Source: a virus
Lineage: Duplodnaviria; Heunggongvirae; Uroviricota; Caudoviricetes
IMG/VR virus record: IMGVR_UViG_3300048998_000119
Span: 13,214-77,213 of that record
Reading direction: 5' to 3' (one strand)
DNA: 64,000 bases
Shown piece after piece: positions 1 to 9,088 of the stretch. The position numbers were made by a program, and so were the translations under genes. Positions within the stretch are counted from its first letter, which is position 1. Each line of letters begins with the position of its first letter. Under the pieces are notes generated by a model that saw nothing but the letters and a program-made list of their open reading frames with translations, did not search any database and was not told the origin of the DNA.

Positions 1-1046
1 TTCGCGATGGCGAAACGACGACTGTCACCGATGGGCGTGTCGTAGGTCAGCTGCTTCAGTTCTTTCAAACCAATGCTGTTGCCCTTGGCGTTGCTGAACT
101 GATCAATCGTGAGCTTACCCTCGTTGAGTAGCTTCACCTTCTGATAGTCACCCAGGTGCTGTGCCTGAACCTCTTGAGGCTGACGCTTGAGCCAGTCGTT
201 GTAGGTCTCACGCAACGGTGTGGCACCATCATAGTAAGCTTGCTGCTTCTTGGTGAGTGCTTTAATATTCTTACGACGTACCTGCGCGACACCTTCGAGT
301 TCAGCCATCTGTTGCCAAGACTTAAACACAGGTACAGTTGTGCTTCGGCAACGATAGTGAGCGGGCGGGAGCATGTCTCGTTGGTTCACACCGTAGATAT
401 GACCGTCGCGTGAAGCACAGGTCTGCGTCGTGCGTGAATCCAGAATGGCGATATACTGCCAACCCGTCAACGACTTCTCGTTTGCGGTGTAGACGGCATT
501 ATCTGCCTGGGCCACAACAGAAGTGATGGACGTGATGGTCAGCGCCTCAGACTGACTGCGACTCAACTTGTGAATGTTGCCTCTGCGGACCATCACAGCG
601 ATTTCCTCAGCTGTCTTCTTGTCCGCAATGCCTTTACGAATTACCTGCTCAAGACGAATACGCTCAGCCTTTGAGATACGACCCCAAGCTTGCGAGAGAG
701 TGTCGTTGTCGACGAGCTTCGTCTTCAGTAGAAAGTTTTCCGGGACAGAGGTGGTCTGCGTGCGCCAAAGCTTACCGATGGCGGCGTCCATGGTCTGCAC
801 CTGAAAACTAATCTGATCCGCCATCAGTGACAGCAGAGAGTTTTTACTTTCATTGAGGGCCTTGTCATAAGCCCTCTTATATTCTGCGTTGATTGAGCTA
901 CCGTCGCGGATTGCCTTGTCCAGGTTCGCGGCGTGTTCATCCAGTATTTCGCCGAGCTTGCCGTTGATTCTGCGCTCATGAAGACGCAACATCGCGGAAC
1001 GATGAACGGCGGCGTCGTAGCTCTTTGTGGCTGCATTATCGGGCAT
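1..1046 (-). CDS. head morphogenesis protein, Mu F / SPP1 gp7 family (C-terminus beyond window start)
   Basis: Not in ORF track because it runs off the window. Own translation from ATG at ~1046 (AAGGA RBS 8 nt upstream) gives MPDNAATKSYDAAV...WQYIAILDSRTTQTCASRDGHIYGV..., matching the conserved D-x-R-T-x-x-C-x-x-DG core of Mu-F/gp7 head morphogenesis proteins. Confidence 0.65.
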   Translation of the reverse strand, partial: MPDNAATKSYDAAVHRSAMLRLHERRINGKLGEILDEHAANLDKAIRDGSSINAEYKRAYDKALNESKNSLLSLMADQISFQVQTMDAAIGKLWRTQTTSVPENFLLKTKLVDNDTLSQAWGRISKAERIRLEQVIRKGIADKKTAEEIAVMVRRGNIHKLSRSQSEALTITSITSVVAQADNAVYTANEKSLTGWQYIAILDSRTTQTCASRDGHIYGVNQRDMLPPAHYRCRSTTVPVFKSWQQMAELEGVAQVRRKNIKALTKKQQAYYDGATPLRETYNDWLKRQPQEVQAQHLGDYQKVKLLNEGKLTIDQFSNAKGNSIGLKELKQLTYDTPIGDSRRFAIA

Positions 1047-1188
1047 AAGATTTCCTTATTTGTTCAGCTTATCCTTATTCACGTCGGGATCGGCTGCTTG
1101 AGCGGCCAATTCTTCCTCTTGGTAAATGGGATCCATAAATTTGTTCATAGCAAAAATAAGGGAGAGCCGCTAAGCCCTCCCTCACTCC

Positions 1189-1593
1189 TCACTTGATCTT
1201 GTCGTATGCGCCGTGGAGCAGCGCATAGTCGGCCTGAACCGAATGACCGGTCGTAGCGACCTCGGCGTCCTTGGCCTTGGTGTAGGCCAGCTTACCCTTC
1301 GCACTCAGCGTGGCGAAGCGATTCTCGACAGTATTCGTCATTAGTTTAACTCCTGTATTTACTTTATAACCATGCTCGGTCAATACCGCGCCGGTCATTT
1401 TCACAAAACGTCCTAAGACAGTGGTGTCGAAGTAAACATCTGTGTTCGGGTGCAGAGAACGAAACTCGGCGAACATTCCCGCCAGCATATAAGGCTTCAC
1501 CAGATAGAGGAAGTCTATATACAGTCTTGGTTCATACACCCAAGTCATAAGTCCGACTAGCTCACCGTCCAACTCTCTGCGTATTCTATTCAT
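1189..1593 (-). CDS. hypothetical protein (134 aa)
   Basis: ORF track; co-oriented, 4-nt overlap with upstream GH5 gene. Confidence 0.45.
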   Translation of the reverse strand: MNRIRRELDGELVGLMTWVYEPRLYIDFLYLVKPYMLAGMFAEFRSLHPNTDVYFDTTVLGRFVKMTGAVLTEHGYKVNTGVKLMTNTVENRFATLSAKGKLAYTKAKDAEVATTGHSVQADYALLHGAYDKIK

Positions 1594-2825
1594 CGCCCCG
1601 AGATAATCTCCAGGTACTCACTGTGCGGCACTTGTGCCCGAGTGCCCTTCTTGGGTTCGATTTTATAGACATAGTTCTCGGGCCATTCACGTCCACCGCC
1701 CCACCAAGTAATTCCGAGCCAATCATCGGGATGACCTTTGATTTCAGCGACTGCTTGATTGAGATCATCGCGGCAAACAGGATTGATGCCACCGGCGTTG
1801 CCGCCTGCACCCTCGCCCATGTAGGCTTTATAGCCCAGTAGAGCAGCGTCGGCGCGAAGGCTGTCGTACCAGAAGCCGGTTTTGGTTACACACTCCCAGT
1901 GCGTACCCGTACCGCCGTCATCCCAGTACATATGACCTTCCATAAGGAGATTGGTGTCACCCAAACCGCCCACACGCTTGATTGCACAGACGGCGCTTTC
2001 ACACGCCTTGGTGTCTGCCTCATGCTTGTTGAAGCGATAAATAGCGCTGGAACCGGGCCATTCTACGGCGATCGTGTTGTTGAAGCCAGCCGCACGGAGT
2101 CCCGCGATGATGGCCTTGGTGTCTGTCGCCCACTGCATCCAGTCATTCGTCACGACGGTGTCGTTGAAGTCCCTCGGCTCATTCATCAGATCGATGATGA
2201 CTCTGGGATTTGACTTGTAGGGAGCAGCCTTCTTAATCCAGTAGGGGATTTGCTCGTCGGGCGTATGCCAAGTGAAGTGATGGCGATCCATCACCACGGT
2301 CGCACCCTTGGCCAGCAAGGAGTCTATAGAGAAATAGAGCTTACTGGTCGGAGTGACGTCCTTGAACGCCACACGGAACAACTGGAAGTTCTGCGCCGGA
2401 GCGGTATACCAGTCGATGTCGTCTTGATTTGGACAGAGAGCGCCATCGTTCGACGCGTAACAACCTGCGAGGTTGACACCGAAAGGATTGAGCGTGGGGG
2501 CGGCGACTGCACCGTCTAGCACCTGATACTTGAACGCGTCGGCCTTGTAACCAACGGTAGGTACAGGAGCTACGGCCTTGAGCTTGGTTGCTCCACCGCT
2601 CAAAGAGAAGCGCGCACTGTTCATGCGGTTGACCCAGCCATCCTTCAGACGCTGAGTGAGTACGCCGTTCGCGTCGACCTTCTCCACAAGAGGTTTACTC
2701 GTGTAGATGATGTCGCCCTGATGGACTTGTATCACACCGCCCGATAGCGGAATGGGGATTGTGTCTGCGTACGCAACTGTACTGGACAGAAGCATAAACA
2801 GCATCAGAAAGTATTTGATCATCAT
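1590..2825 (-). CDS. secreted glycoside hydrolase family 5-like enzyme (putative polysaccharide depolymerase)
   Basis: N-terminal signal peptide MMIKYFLMLFMLLSSTVAYA; GH5 acid/base motif IIDLMNEPR and nucleophile motif YMGEGAGG; GHMYWDD. Confidence 0.7.
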   Translation of the reverse strand: MMIKYFLMLFMLLSSTVAYADTIPIPLSGGVIQVHQGDIIYTSKPLVEKVDANGVLTQRLKDGWVNRMNSARFSLSGGATKLKAVAPVPTVGYKADAFKYQVLDGAVAAPTLNPFGVNLAGCYASNDGALCPNQDDIDWYTAPAQNFQLFRVAFKDVTPTSKLYFSIDSLLAKGATVVMDRHHFTWHTPDEQIPYWIKKAAPYKSNPRVIIDLMNEPRDFNDTVVTNDWMQWATDTKAIIAGLRAAGFNNTIAVEWPGSSAIYRFNKHEADTKACESAVCAIKRVGGLGDTNLLMEGHMYWDDGGTGTHWECVTKTGFWYDSLRADAALLGYKAYMGEGAGGNAGGINPVCRDDLNQAVAEIKGHPDDWLGITWWGGGREWPENYVYKIEPKKGTRAQVPHSEYLEIISGR

Positions 2826-5422
2826 GAGACCTTTATGAGACGGCCCGAACCGTATTCCGGCTTGACCGTACGACTTGCGCTTTCAGGCTTCACAATACGT
2901 CCGGATGGCGTAATCGTGGGTTTGTACAGAATGTAGTAGCCCGTGACCACATCATCGGCTTCTCGAATTACTTGAGGTGCTCCGACCAGCGCACCGCCGC
3001 CCGAAACAACTTCCGACAGCAAGTCGGCGTCTACACCGATACGCACTTTGGCGTCAGACACGTAGACATCATCCTCCAGGGATATAATTGAATCTACCTT
3101 GTCATACGCGACGACGCTTGCCGTGACCGTATCGTTCTCCAAGGTGAAAGCGCAGTAAGCCATAATGGGATAAGTCACGTCTCCCGACGCGATGTCGTCT
3201 TCCAGTTGCATCAGCCCGTTGGCGTATACAAGCTCGGTGCTGACACTGGACAGAATGTCGTTGTCTTCGATGATGGAAGCCTGGGTTAATACAACAACCT
3301 TGGCTGAGCCAACGAACCCGTCCGCTTCCTCGCAGATGTCTGCATTGAAGGTGAAACGAGAAGGCAGCGCACCGATGAGCGTATCATCTGCCTCAGCTAT
3401 AAGCCCGGTGGCCTGCACCTTGGCGATGAGGCTACCAGTTAGAGTGTCGTCGGAAACCAGCATTGTGCCGCTGGCCGTTACTCTCGCGAGCGTCAAACCT
3501 AGAGCGACGTCGTCTGCTTCCACCAGAGAAGCGTTGGCTTGCACCTTGACGCCCGTGGAGGAAACAATCGTGTCGTCGCCCAACGCGATCGAGCTGCTTA
3601 TCTGTAGACGTACAGAACCCGAACCTGAAGCGGTGTCGTTGGCTTCTGTGAACGAGCTATTGGCGGTCGCCGCAGCGGAAGCGGAAGCCGCAACCATAGG
3701 ACGGACTGTCTTATATGGATGATCCGTTGGTAGTAAAGCCTGCAAACCTGTGGCCCAGGCATACCAACCGCTCAACATAATACGTAAGTCGTCTGTCAGC
3801 GCACCTGCAACAATAACCAACTGTTGAAGCGGTCCGTTCAGACCCGTGGTGTCGGTCGCGCTGTAACCACCAACAGTGACAAGCTGAGTATCCACAGGAT
3901 ATGGCACAAGTCTGCTGAGTGTACCACTGCTACCGTTAATGTTGAGATACTGACCCGCAGAATCCCAACTGGCGATCGCCAACACGTCCTTACTGTTCCA
4001 GGATACAGCGCTAACGGTATTAGAACCAGACTTATTACTGATGTATGCGTTGCCGTTATTGGCAATGCCGATGGCACGTACGTTGGTGGTACCCTGGTTG
4101 AAGAGGGAACGATAACCAGTAGTCGTGAATTCACCACCCGCCAAAATAACAACAGGTTGAGCGCCTGAGGGCATCGTCGTGGCTTGCGCAGTCATCTGCG
4201 TATTGCTGTTGAACATAATAGCCGGATAGCCATTACGCCCGGTGGCATTGTATGATGGACCCCTACCAGCGGTCGCGGGCGTAAGATTGAAGCCACCTAC
4301 GCCCTTATTGTTCCACTGCAAGAGCTTAGCGCCGTCTGTGTCGAAGACCATTGTGGCGGTATCTGCACTATCAAACCAGCCAATAAGCGCACTGCCCAAC
4401 TGCGTGGGCGTCCAAGGGACCAACAACTGAGCGGAACCTTGCACAATGTCGCTGTCTTCCAGCATAGAGCCAATTGACTTGACACGTACACTGGCGTCAC
4501 CCGAACCCACATCGCCGCCTGAACCGGGAGCGTTAAGCATAGCACCGATAAGCACCTTACCCACAGAGACGAGTGTGTCGTCCTCCGTGAGCAGGTTGGC
4601 GTCTGCTTTGACGAGCTCCTGAGAGCTACTAACGAGAATGTCGTCCGCTTCAGCGATAGAGGCATCAGCCTTAATCAGAAGCGAACTGGCACCCACAGCG
4701 ACATCGTCGTCGGTCGTGATTGTGGCGTCCGCTTTGATCACAACAGCACTGTCCGCAGACAGAACATCGTTCTCCGTCAACAAGCTGGCGTCGGCCTTCA
4801 CAGGCACAACAGCATCAGACAACAGAAGATCGTTATCTTCAAAGCCACCGCCGTCGAACTTGGGAGGATCGGGCAGAGTATACTCAGCCACAATCAAGCC
4901 ATTGCCGCCCACCGAAGAGGCCTTGTTCGCGCCGAACCCGAAGGCTGAACGCTGTAAGGTTTCTCCGGTCGAAGAAGTCCAAGACGTAGGCAAGGCAGGA
5001 ACAGCTGCACCCGAATAACTACCTGTCGTACCACTGCCTGCGGCCGAACCGTTCGTGGTGGTACCCTTGGCGCTGTTGTAGACGTTGTAGTCCACAGTAC
5101 GAGGATAGATACTAGAGTTACTGGCCGCAGCACCCGGCGTTGTGCCGGAAGCGTTGTAACCGTAACCCGCCATCACAGTGCGATCGTAATGTGGGGAGTT
5201 TACACTGGTTGTGGCTGTACCGCCTACCGCGTCCACGGTGATGACGAGCACTTCACCGGGAGTGACCGCCATAGTGCTGACGATGATTACACCGCCAGAA
5301 CCACCCGCACCCGTTGAAGACTTACCGCCTGCACCGATGGCGGTGAACTTGATGGACGTGCAACCTGCCGGTACTGTATAGGTAGTCGTACCGGCTTTAA
5401 GAAATTCGACTACCTGAGACAT
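2822..5422 (-). CDS. tail-fibre-like protein: Gly-rich N-terminal domain, ConA/lectin-like central domain, two blocks of ~14-aa repeats
   Basis: 866 aa; repeats KADASLLTENDVLS / KADATITTDDDVAV / KADASIAEADDILV etc; low complexity G/S/T-rich N-terminus. Confidence 0.6.
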   Translation of the reverse strand: MSQVVEFLKAGTTTYTVPAGCTSIKFTAIGAGGKSSTGAGGSGGVIIVSTMAVTPGEVLVITVDAVGGTATTSVNSPHYDRTVMAGYGYNASGTTPGAAASNSSIYPRTVDYNVYNSAKGTTTNGSAAGSGTTGSYSGAAVPALPTSWTSSTGETLQRSAFGFGANKASSVGGNGLIVAEYTLPDPPKFDGGGFEDNDLLLSDAVVPVKADASLLTENDVLSADSAVVIKADATITTDDDVAVGASSLLIKADASIAEADDILVSSSQELVKADANLLTEDDTLVSVGKVLIGAMLNAPGSGGDVGSGDASVRVKSIGSMLEDSDIVQGSAQLLVPWTPTQLGSALIGWFDSADTATMVFDTDGAKLLQWNNKGVGGFNLTPATAGRGPSYNATGRNGYPAIMFNSNTQMTAQATTMPSGAQPVVILAGGEFTTTGYRSLFNQGTTNVRAIGIANNGNAYISNKSGSNTVSAVSWNSKDVLAIASWDSAGQYLNINGSSGTLSRLVPYPVDTQLVTVGGYSATDTTGLNGPLQQLVIVAGALTDDLRIMLSGWYAWATGLQALLPTDHPYKTVRPMVAASASAAATANSSFTEANDTASGSGSVRLQISSSIALGDDTIVSSTGVKVQANASLVEADDVALGLTLARVTASGTMLVSDDTLTGSLIAKVQATGLIAEADDTLIGALPSRFTFNADICEEADGFVGSAKVVVLTQASIIEDNDILSSVSTELVYANGLMQLEDDIASGDVTYPIMAYCAFTLENDTVTASVVAYDKVDSIISLEDDVYVSDAKVRIGVDADLLSEVVSGGGALVGAPQVIREADDVVTGYYILYKPTITPSGRIVKPESASRTVKPEYGSGRLIKVS
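2932..3640 (-). repeat. tandem in-frame repeats (block 2) inside fibre gene
   Basis: C-terminal third of protein: ANASLVEADDVAL, ATGLIAEADDTLI, TQASIIEDNDILS, DSIISLEDDVYVS... Confidence 0.55.
4546..4840 (-). repeat. tandem in-frame DNA/peptide repeats (block 1) inside fibre gene
   Basis: recurring gcgtc(c/g)gc(c/t)tt...gtcgtc units encoding (K)ADAxhxxxDDxL. Confidence 0.6.
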
Positions 5423-5424
5423 GA

Positions 5425-5832
5425 TTAAGCGTTACCGGCCGTAATGGTGAAGCTGTTGACGATGATGTCCTGGTTGACCTGAACATTGGTGTTGTCCACC
5501 GTGATGTCGCCACCCTGACCGGTCATGGACACGGTGCCCTGAAGATGGCAGGTCGTGCCGTCAGAAGCATAGATGCGGAAGTGCGCGATCACACCTGCGG
5601 CATCAGCCTGAGTGTCTTCCCACGTACCGAGCTTAGCCTTACTGCCGCCAGCCGCTGCCGCCATCCAGTCAGAAGGAAGAGCGAGCGTGGCCACAACCGT
5701 GCCGGTGTCTGCAGCCGCACAGGAAGCCGGAGCCGCGCCTGTACGAAACTTGAGGATCGGAGAAAGACCGATGGCCGCCTCGATGGCGTCCAAGCGGGCG
5801 TTGCGCACCACGACGGACTGCTGAATCGACAT
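5425..5832 (-). CDS. hypothetical virion-associated protein (135 aa)
   Basis: ORF track; tightly packed upstream of fibre gene. Confidence 0.45.
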   Translation of the reverse strand: MSIQQSVVVRNARLDAIEAAIGLSPILKFRTGAAPASCAAADTGTVVATLALPSDWMAAAAGGSKAKLGTWEDTQADAAGVIAHFRIYASDGTTCHLQGTVSMTGQGGDITVDNTNVQVNQDIIVNSFTITAGNA

Positions 5833-5835
5833 ATG

Positions 5836-6027
5836 TTAGTTCCTTTGGTATCTTGCGTTACGTGCGCCTGGCACATACGGACTCGCCGTATTCTCCAGAA
5901 GGGTCCAAGTGTAGCCTTCCAGTTCGATATCTTTGTTGAATAGTGTTCTCGGACCGAACCACGAGATAAGCAGCAGGTCTTCTTTGATGAGGGCTTGGCA
6001 ATCGACGCCATCTTTGGTGATAATCAT
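5836..6027 (-). CDS. hypothetical protein (63 aa)
   Basis: ORF track, 4-nt overlaps with neighbours. Confidence 0.3.
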   Translation of the reverse strand: MIITKDGVDCQALIKEDLLLISWFGPRTLFNKDIELEGYTWTLLENTASPYVPGARNARYQRN

Positions 6028-6377
6028 CGTTGCACAACCCTCACGGCGAACGTACGCTGACGAGTACGCGAAGGTACGGCATCAGACAGAACTGTGAGTT
6101 CCAACGGTAGGGTGACACCGCCCACAAACAGAGGATTGCTCTTGTAAGTGGGGTCGATGCTGAACCACAACTGCAGTATGTTACTCTTCAGGACAGGCGC
6201 TCTCACGCCGTTGCCCAGCACCAGACCGAGCAACAACGCATCGGGCAAGACCACAACAGAGTAGTCAGCCACGTTGTCGCCTGTATCCAGCATAGCAGAT
6301 AAATCGATCTTGTAATCAACTACGTCCGAAGGATCCATGGTGTCCGTCCAAACGTAGGTTGTGGATGGAAATGCCAT
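6024..6377 (-). CDS. hypothetical protein (117 aa)
   Basis: ORF track; start overlaps stop of 502-aa gene. Confidence 0.4.
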   Translation of the reverse strand: MAFPSTTYVWTDTMDPSDVVDYKIDLSAMLDTGDNVADYSVVVLPDALLLGLVLGNGVRAPVLKSNILQLWFSIDPTYKSNPLFVGGVTLPLELTVLSDAVPSRTRQRTFAVRVVQR

Positions 6378-7885
6378 TAGCTTTTCAGAACCTTCTTTAC
6401 AGGAGCTTGAGGTTGAGCGCCCGAGAGTTGAGTGTTGACGGCCGAAGCGATCTTATCCGTGTAGGACTTGAATGAGTCTTCGTCCTTGACAATCTCCTTC
6501 TGGCCCTCTTCGTCGTCGTAGTCGTCTTCCAACACGTCGTTGGCCTTGAGCAGCTGCACCCAAACAGTACGAGGAATGTGACCATTCTCATACCATTCTG
6601 TGGCGAGCCGCAGCCAACCTTCACCGACGATCGTCTGAGCAAAGTCGTCTTGCAACTTAAACTTAATCTGATCTGCGGTGTACTCAGTATTGTAGCGCCA
6701 GTTCAGCATAGTCGCGATGACCTGTGACATGATGACGCTGATGCGAGTATTCAGAGTACCCAGGCGAGCCGTCTGAGAAGCATTACGCAACTGTAGGGCG
6801 ACACCACTTTGAGCGGTTTCGGGGGACAGCATACGGACACCGAGCTGGGCCAACTCCTGAATACCCGAGGCGATTGAACGATCGTAGTCCACCAGTGCCT
6901 CGGTGGGCGGCTTGAGAACATCAAGCTTGGAATCCTTGTCGGGTAGGTGTAACCATGAACCCAAACCTGCGGAAACAATCTTATTGAAAGCTTCAGGATC
7001 TTGCACACCGGAGACGTAAGGCGTGTACGTGCCTGCGCCCAACAGCAAGTGATTGCGACGAGTGACCTTGTTGTACAGGGCTATCTCTTTGTTCACAATC
7101 GTGGTGAGGAAAGGATCGACGGGATCCAACTCGCCGTTGTTCGGCCAAGCAGGAATGAAATCCATAAGCTCACCCTGATACATGGGAGGCTTATCTGGTT
7201 GCGGTTGCTCGATCCAGTCTTCCTGCTTCACGTTGCCATTCTCGTCGTAGGTCTGTCTGAAGGTGCGTACACGGTATGCGTCGTTGAACAGCTCATGAAC
7301 GCGAATGACCGGCACATAGACAGGGTGGAATTCACTCTGACCGGGGATAGACTCATACACACAGACAATTACTCGCGTAAGCTCTGTGGCGTCGTACTCC
7401 CAGTTGATGATTGACTCAGCGGGATAGAGCGTGGCGAAGGGAACACCAGAGTCGGTGTCCATGTCAACAAAGGTCCAGCCCCGCGAGGAGACTACTTCTT
7501 CGGAGACAGAAGACAACATGTAGCTGGCGATCGGAACACCGTCCCGACCGAACTCGTTGACTATCCATTCACGTGCACCAGCCGGTACGTCGTCGGGCAG
7601 AACAATCTCTGGTTCTTTACGCAATAGTGCACCCGACAGTAGATGAGAAAACTCGGCGGAAATACCGGGCAACTCTGCCTCAGAACGCAGAAAGTCATAT
7701 TGATCCTGCTGCATGGAAGGCGAGAAAGGAATGAGGAAGTTGTCTGGATGATGCACTAGGGCGTCATGGTCCTTGACCTCTTCCTCACTACCGCACACCG
7801 CCCGGCATTTCTTCCAAAGCTTAGCTTTAGCGAGGTAAGCGTCGCATGGTGTCGCGACTGTCTTAGTGGTGGCGGCGATACCCAT
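6377..7885 (-). CDS. putative portal protein (502 aa, acidic C-terminal tail)
   Basis: size, position downstream of terminase, acidic C-terminus DDYDDEEGQKEIVKDED; no diagnostic motif recognised. Confidence 0.45.
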   Translation of the reverse strand: MGIAATTKTVATPCDAYLAKAKLWKKCRAVCGSEEEVKDHDALVHHPDNFLIPFSPSMQQDQYDFLRSEAELPGISAEFSHLLSGALLRKEPEIVLPDDVPAGAREWIVNEFGRDGVPIASYMLSSVSEEVVSSRGWTFVDMDTDSGVPFATLYPAESIINWEYDATELTRVIVCVYESIPGQSEFHPVYVPVIRVHELFNDAYRVRTFRQTYDENGNVKQEDWIEQPQPDKPPMYQGELMDFIPAWPNNGELDPVDPFLTTIVNKEIALYNKVTRRNHLLLGAGTYTPYVSGVQDPEAFNKIVSAGLGSWLHLPDKDSKLDVLKPPTEALVDYDRSIASGIQELAQLGVRMLSPETAQSGVALQLRNASQTARLGTLNTRISVIMSQVIATMLNWRYNTEYTADQIKFKLQDDFAQTIVGEGWLRLATEWYENGHIPRTVWVQLLKANDVLEDDYDDEEGQKEIVKDEDSFKSYTDKIASAVNTQLSGAQPQAPVKKVLKS

Positions 7886-7888
7886 AAC

Positions 7889-8407
7889 TTAGATGTCTTT
7901 GGTCAGTTCCGAAGCCGGACCGGTGTAGGTGCGACCCGTGACCACGTTGACGGCTTCAATGTTGCCGTCGTTGTCGAGCATCTTCACGCGGTAGTTTGCC
8001 GGTACAGAGTTCTGGACCTTGTCATTCGACTTGTCGCGGCTCTGCGACTTGAGATTTTCGGCGCGTGCCTTGGCGGTTGCCATGAGCTCGTCCGTGGCCG
8101 GAGCACTAACCAGACCAAGAGCGTGCTGCATGGTCTTCTGATGATCGAGGCGCTCAAGCTCAAGCGTCTCAAGATGACGATCCTGCTTGTACGTACCCGC
8201 GACCACTTCGGTACGGATCTGATCGTGAGTCTCGGACACAAGAGCGGAAGGATCCTTGACGGTCACACCGGTCTTCTGCATAACGATTTCGGCGTTGTTG
8301 TCCGAGTTACGCTGAGACAGCTCTGCGATGGCCGCGCCGGTCTTCTCGTCCAGAGTATTCTCTTCGAGCTTCGGGCCTTCGACCTTGGGGGATTTGGCAG
8401 TTACCAT
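7889..8407 (-). CDS. hypothetical protein (172 aa)
   Basis: ORF track. Confidence 0.45.
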   Translation of the reverse strand: MVTAKSPKVEGPKLEENTLDEKTGAAIAELSQRNSDNNAEIVMQKTGVTVKDPSALVSETHDQIRTEVVAGTYKQDRHLETLELERLDHQKTMQHALGLVSAPATDELMATAKARAENLKSQSRDKSNDKVQNSVPANYRVKMLDNDGNIEAVNVVTGRTYTGPASELTKDI

Positions 8408-8409
8408 AG

Positions 8410-8871
8410 TTATTCTTCTTTCTGAAATTTAGACAAGCTCTCGCCGGTCATTATCGAACGTTCAAGAACTTCACGCGACTCCTGAAGAGCGCGCATTTCG
8501 CGAACCTTAATCGCTGCGGCCTGAGCCTTGGCGGGGTCTTGCTCAATCAGCACCAACAACATCGTCAAACACTGATCGAGATTGTTCATGCGATGACGCA
8601 TAATGCGGATTTCGGCTTCGTGCAACATCTTTTCTTTTTCGAGCCTAGACTCGTATTCCTTACGCTGTGACTCGAGCAGTTCTTCAACCTTAGTCACACG
8701 ACCCATGAGGTCATCGACGAGTTTGTCTTGCGCGCTGCCTTGTAGTTCTTTCATCTTGGGTCGTTGTTTAATCCAGGCCACGAGTGCACCGCCGACCAGA
8801 AGGTTCAGCAAGCCCACCATGCCTGTAGTCCAAGACCACCCAGTTACGGACACAACATCATGGGGCTGCAT
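8410..8871 (-). CDS. membrane-anchored coiled-coil protein (153 aa)
   Basis: TM segment MVGLLNLLVGGALVAWI then heptad-rich region. Confidence 0.45.
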   Translation of the reverse strand: MQPHDVVSVTGWSWTTGMVGLLNLLVGGALVAWIKQRPKMKELQGSAQDKLVDDLMGRVTKVEELLESQRKEYESRLEKEKMLHEAEIRIMRHRMNNLDQCLTMLLVLIEQDPAKAQAAAIKVREMRALQESREVLERSIMTGESLSKFQKEE

Positions 8872-9088
8872 CGGACTCTAGTCTCTGATAATAAATTGAG
8901 AAGCCAGTGAGCAGCAACGCCAAGACCACAGGATAAAGACCTGGACTCGGTGTCGAGAGTCGATTGAGCGATCCGAGGAAACAGAGCGCCCAGAAGGGAT
9001 CGGAGTACCGTCCTTTGTAGAACATCAAACGCCACAAGGGCATAATGAATGTCAGCAACGGTAGAATCCAGAAGTAGGAGAGTAACAT
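8858..9088 (-). CDS. small membrane protein (76 aa)
   Basis: three hydrophobic stretches; follows terminase stop. Confidence 0.35.
   Translation of the reverse strand: MLLSYFWILPLLTFIMPLWRLMFYKGRYSDPFWALCFLGSLNRLSTPSPGLYPVVLALLLTGFSIYYQRLESDAAP

Noticed and set aside
2822-5422. CRISPR array or other non-coding tandem repeat in the fibre gene region
   Set aside because: The repeats are in frame, imperfect and encode a coherent peptide repeat. There are no spacer-like unique units and no cas genes.
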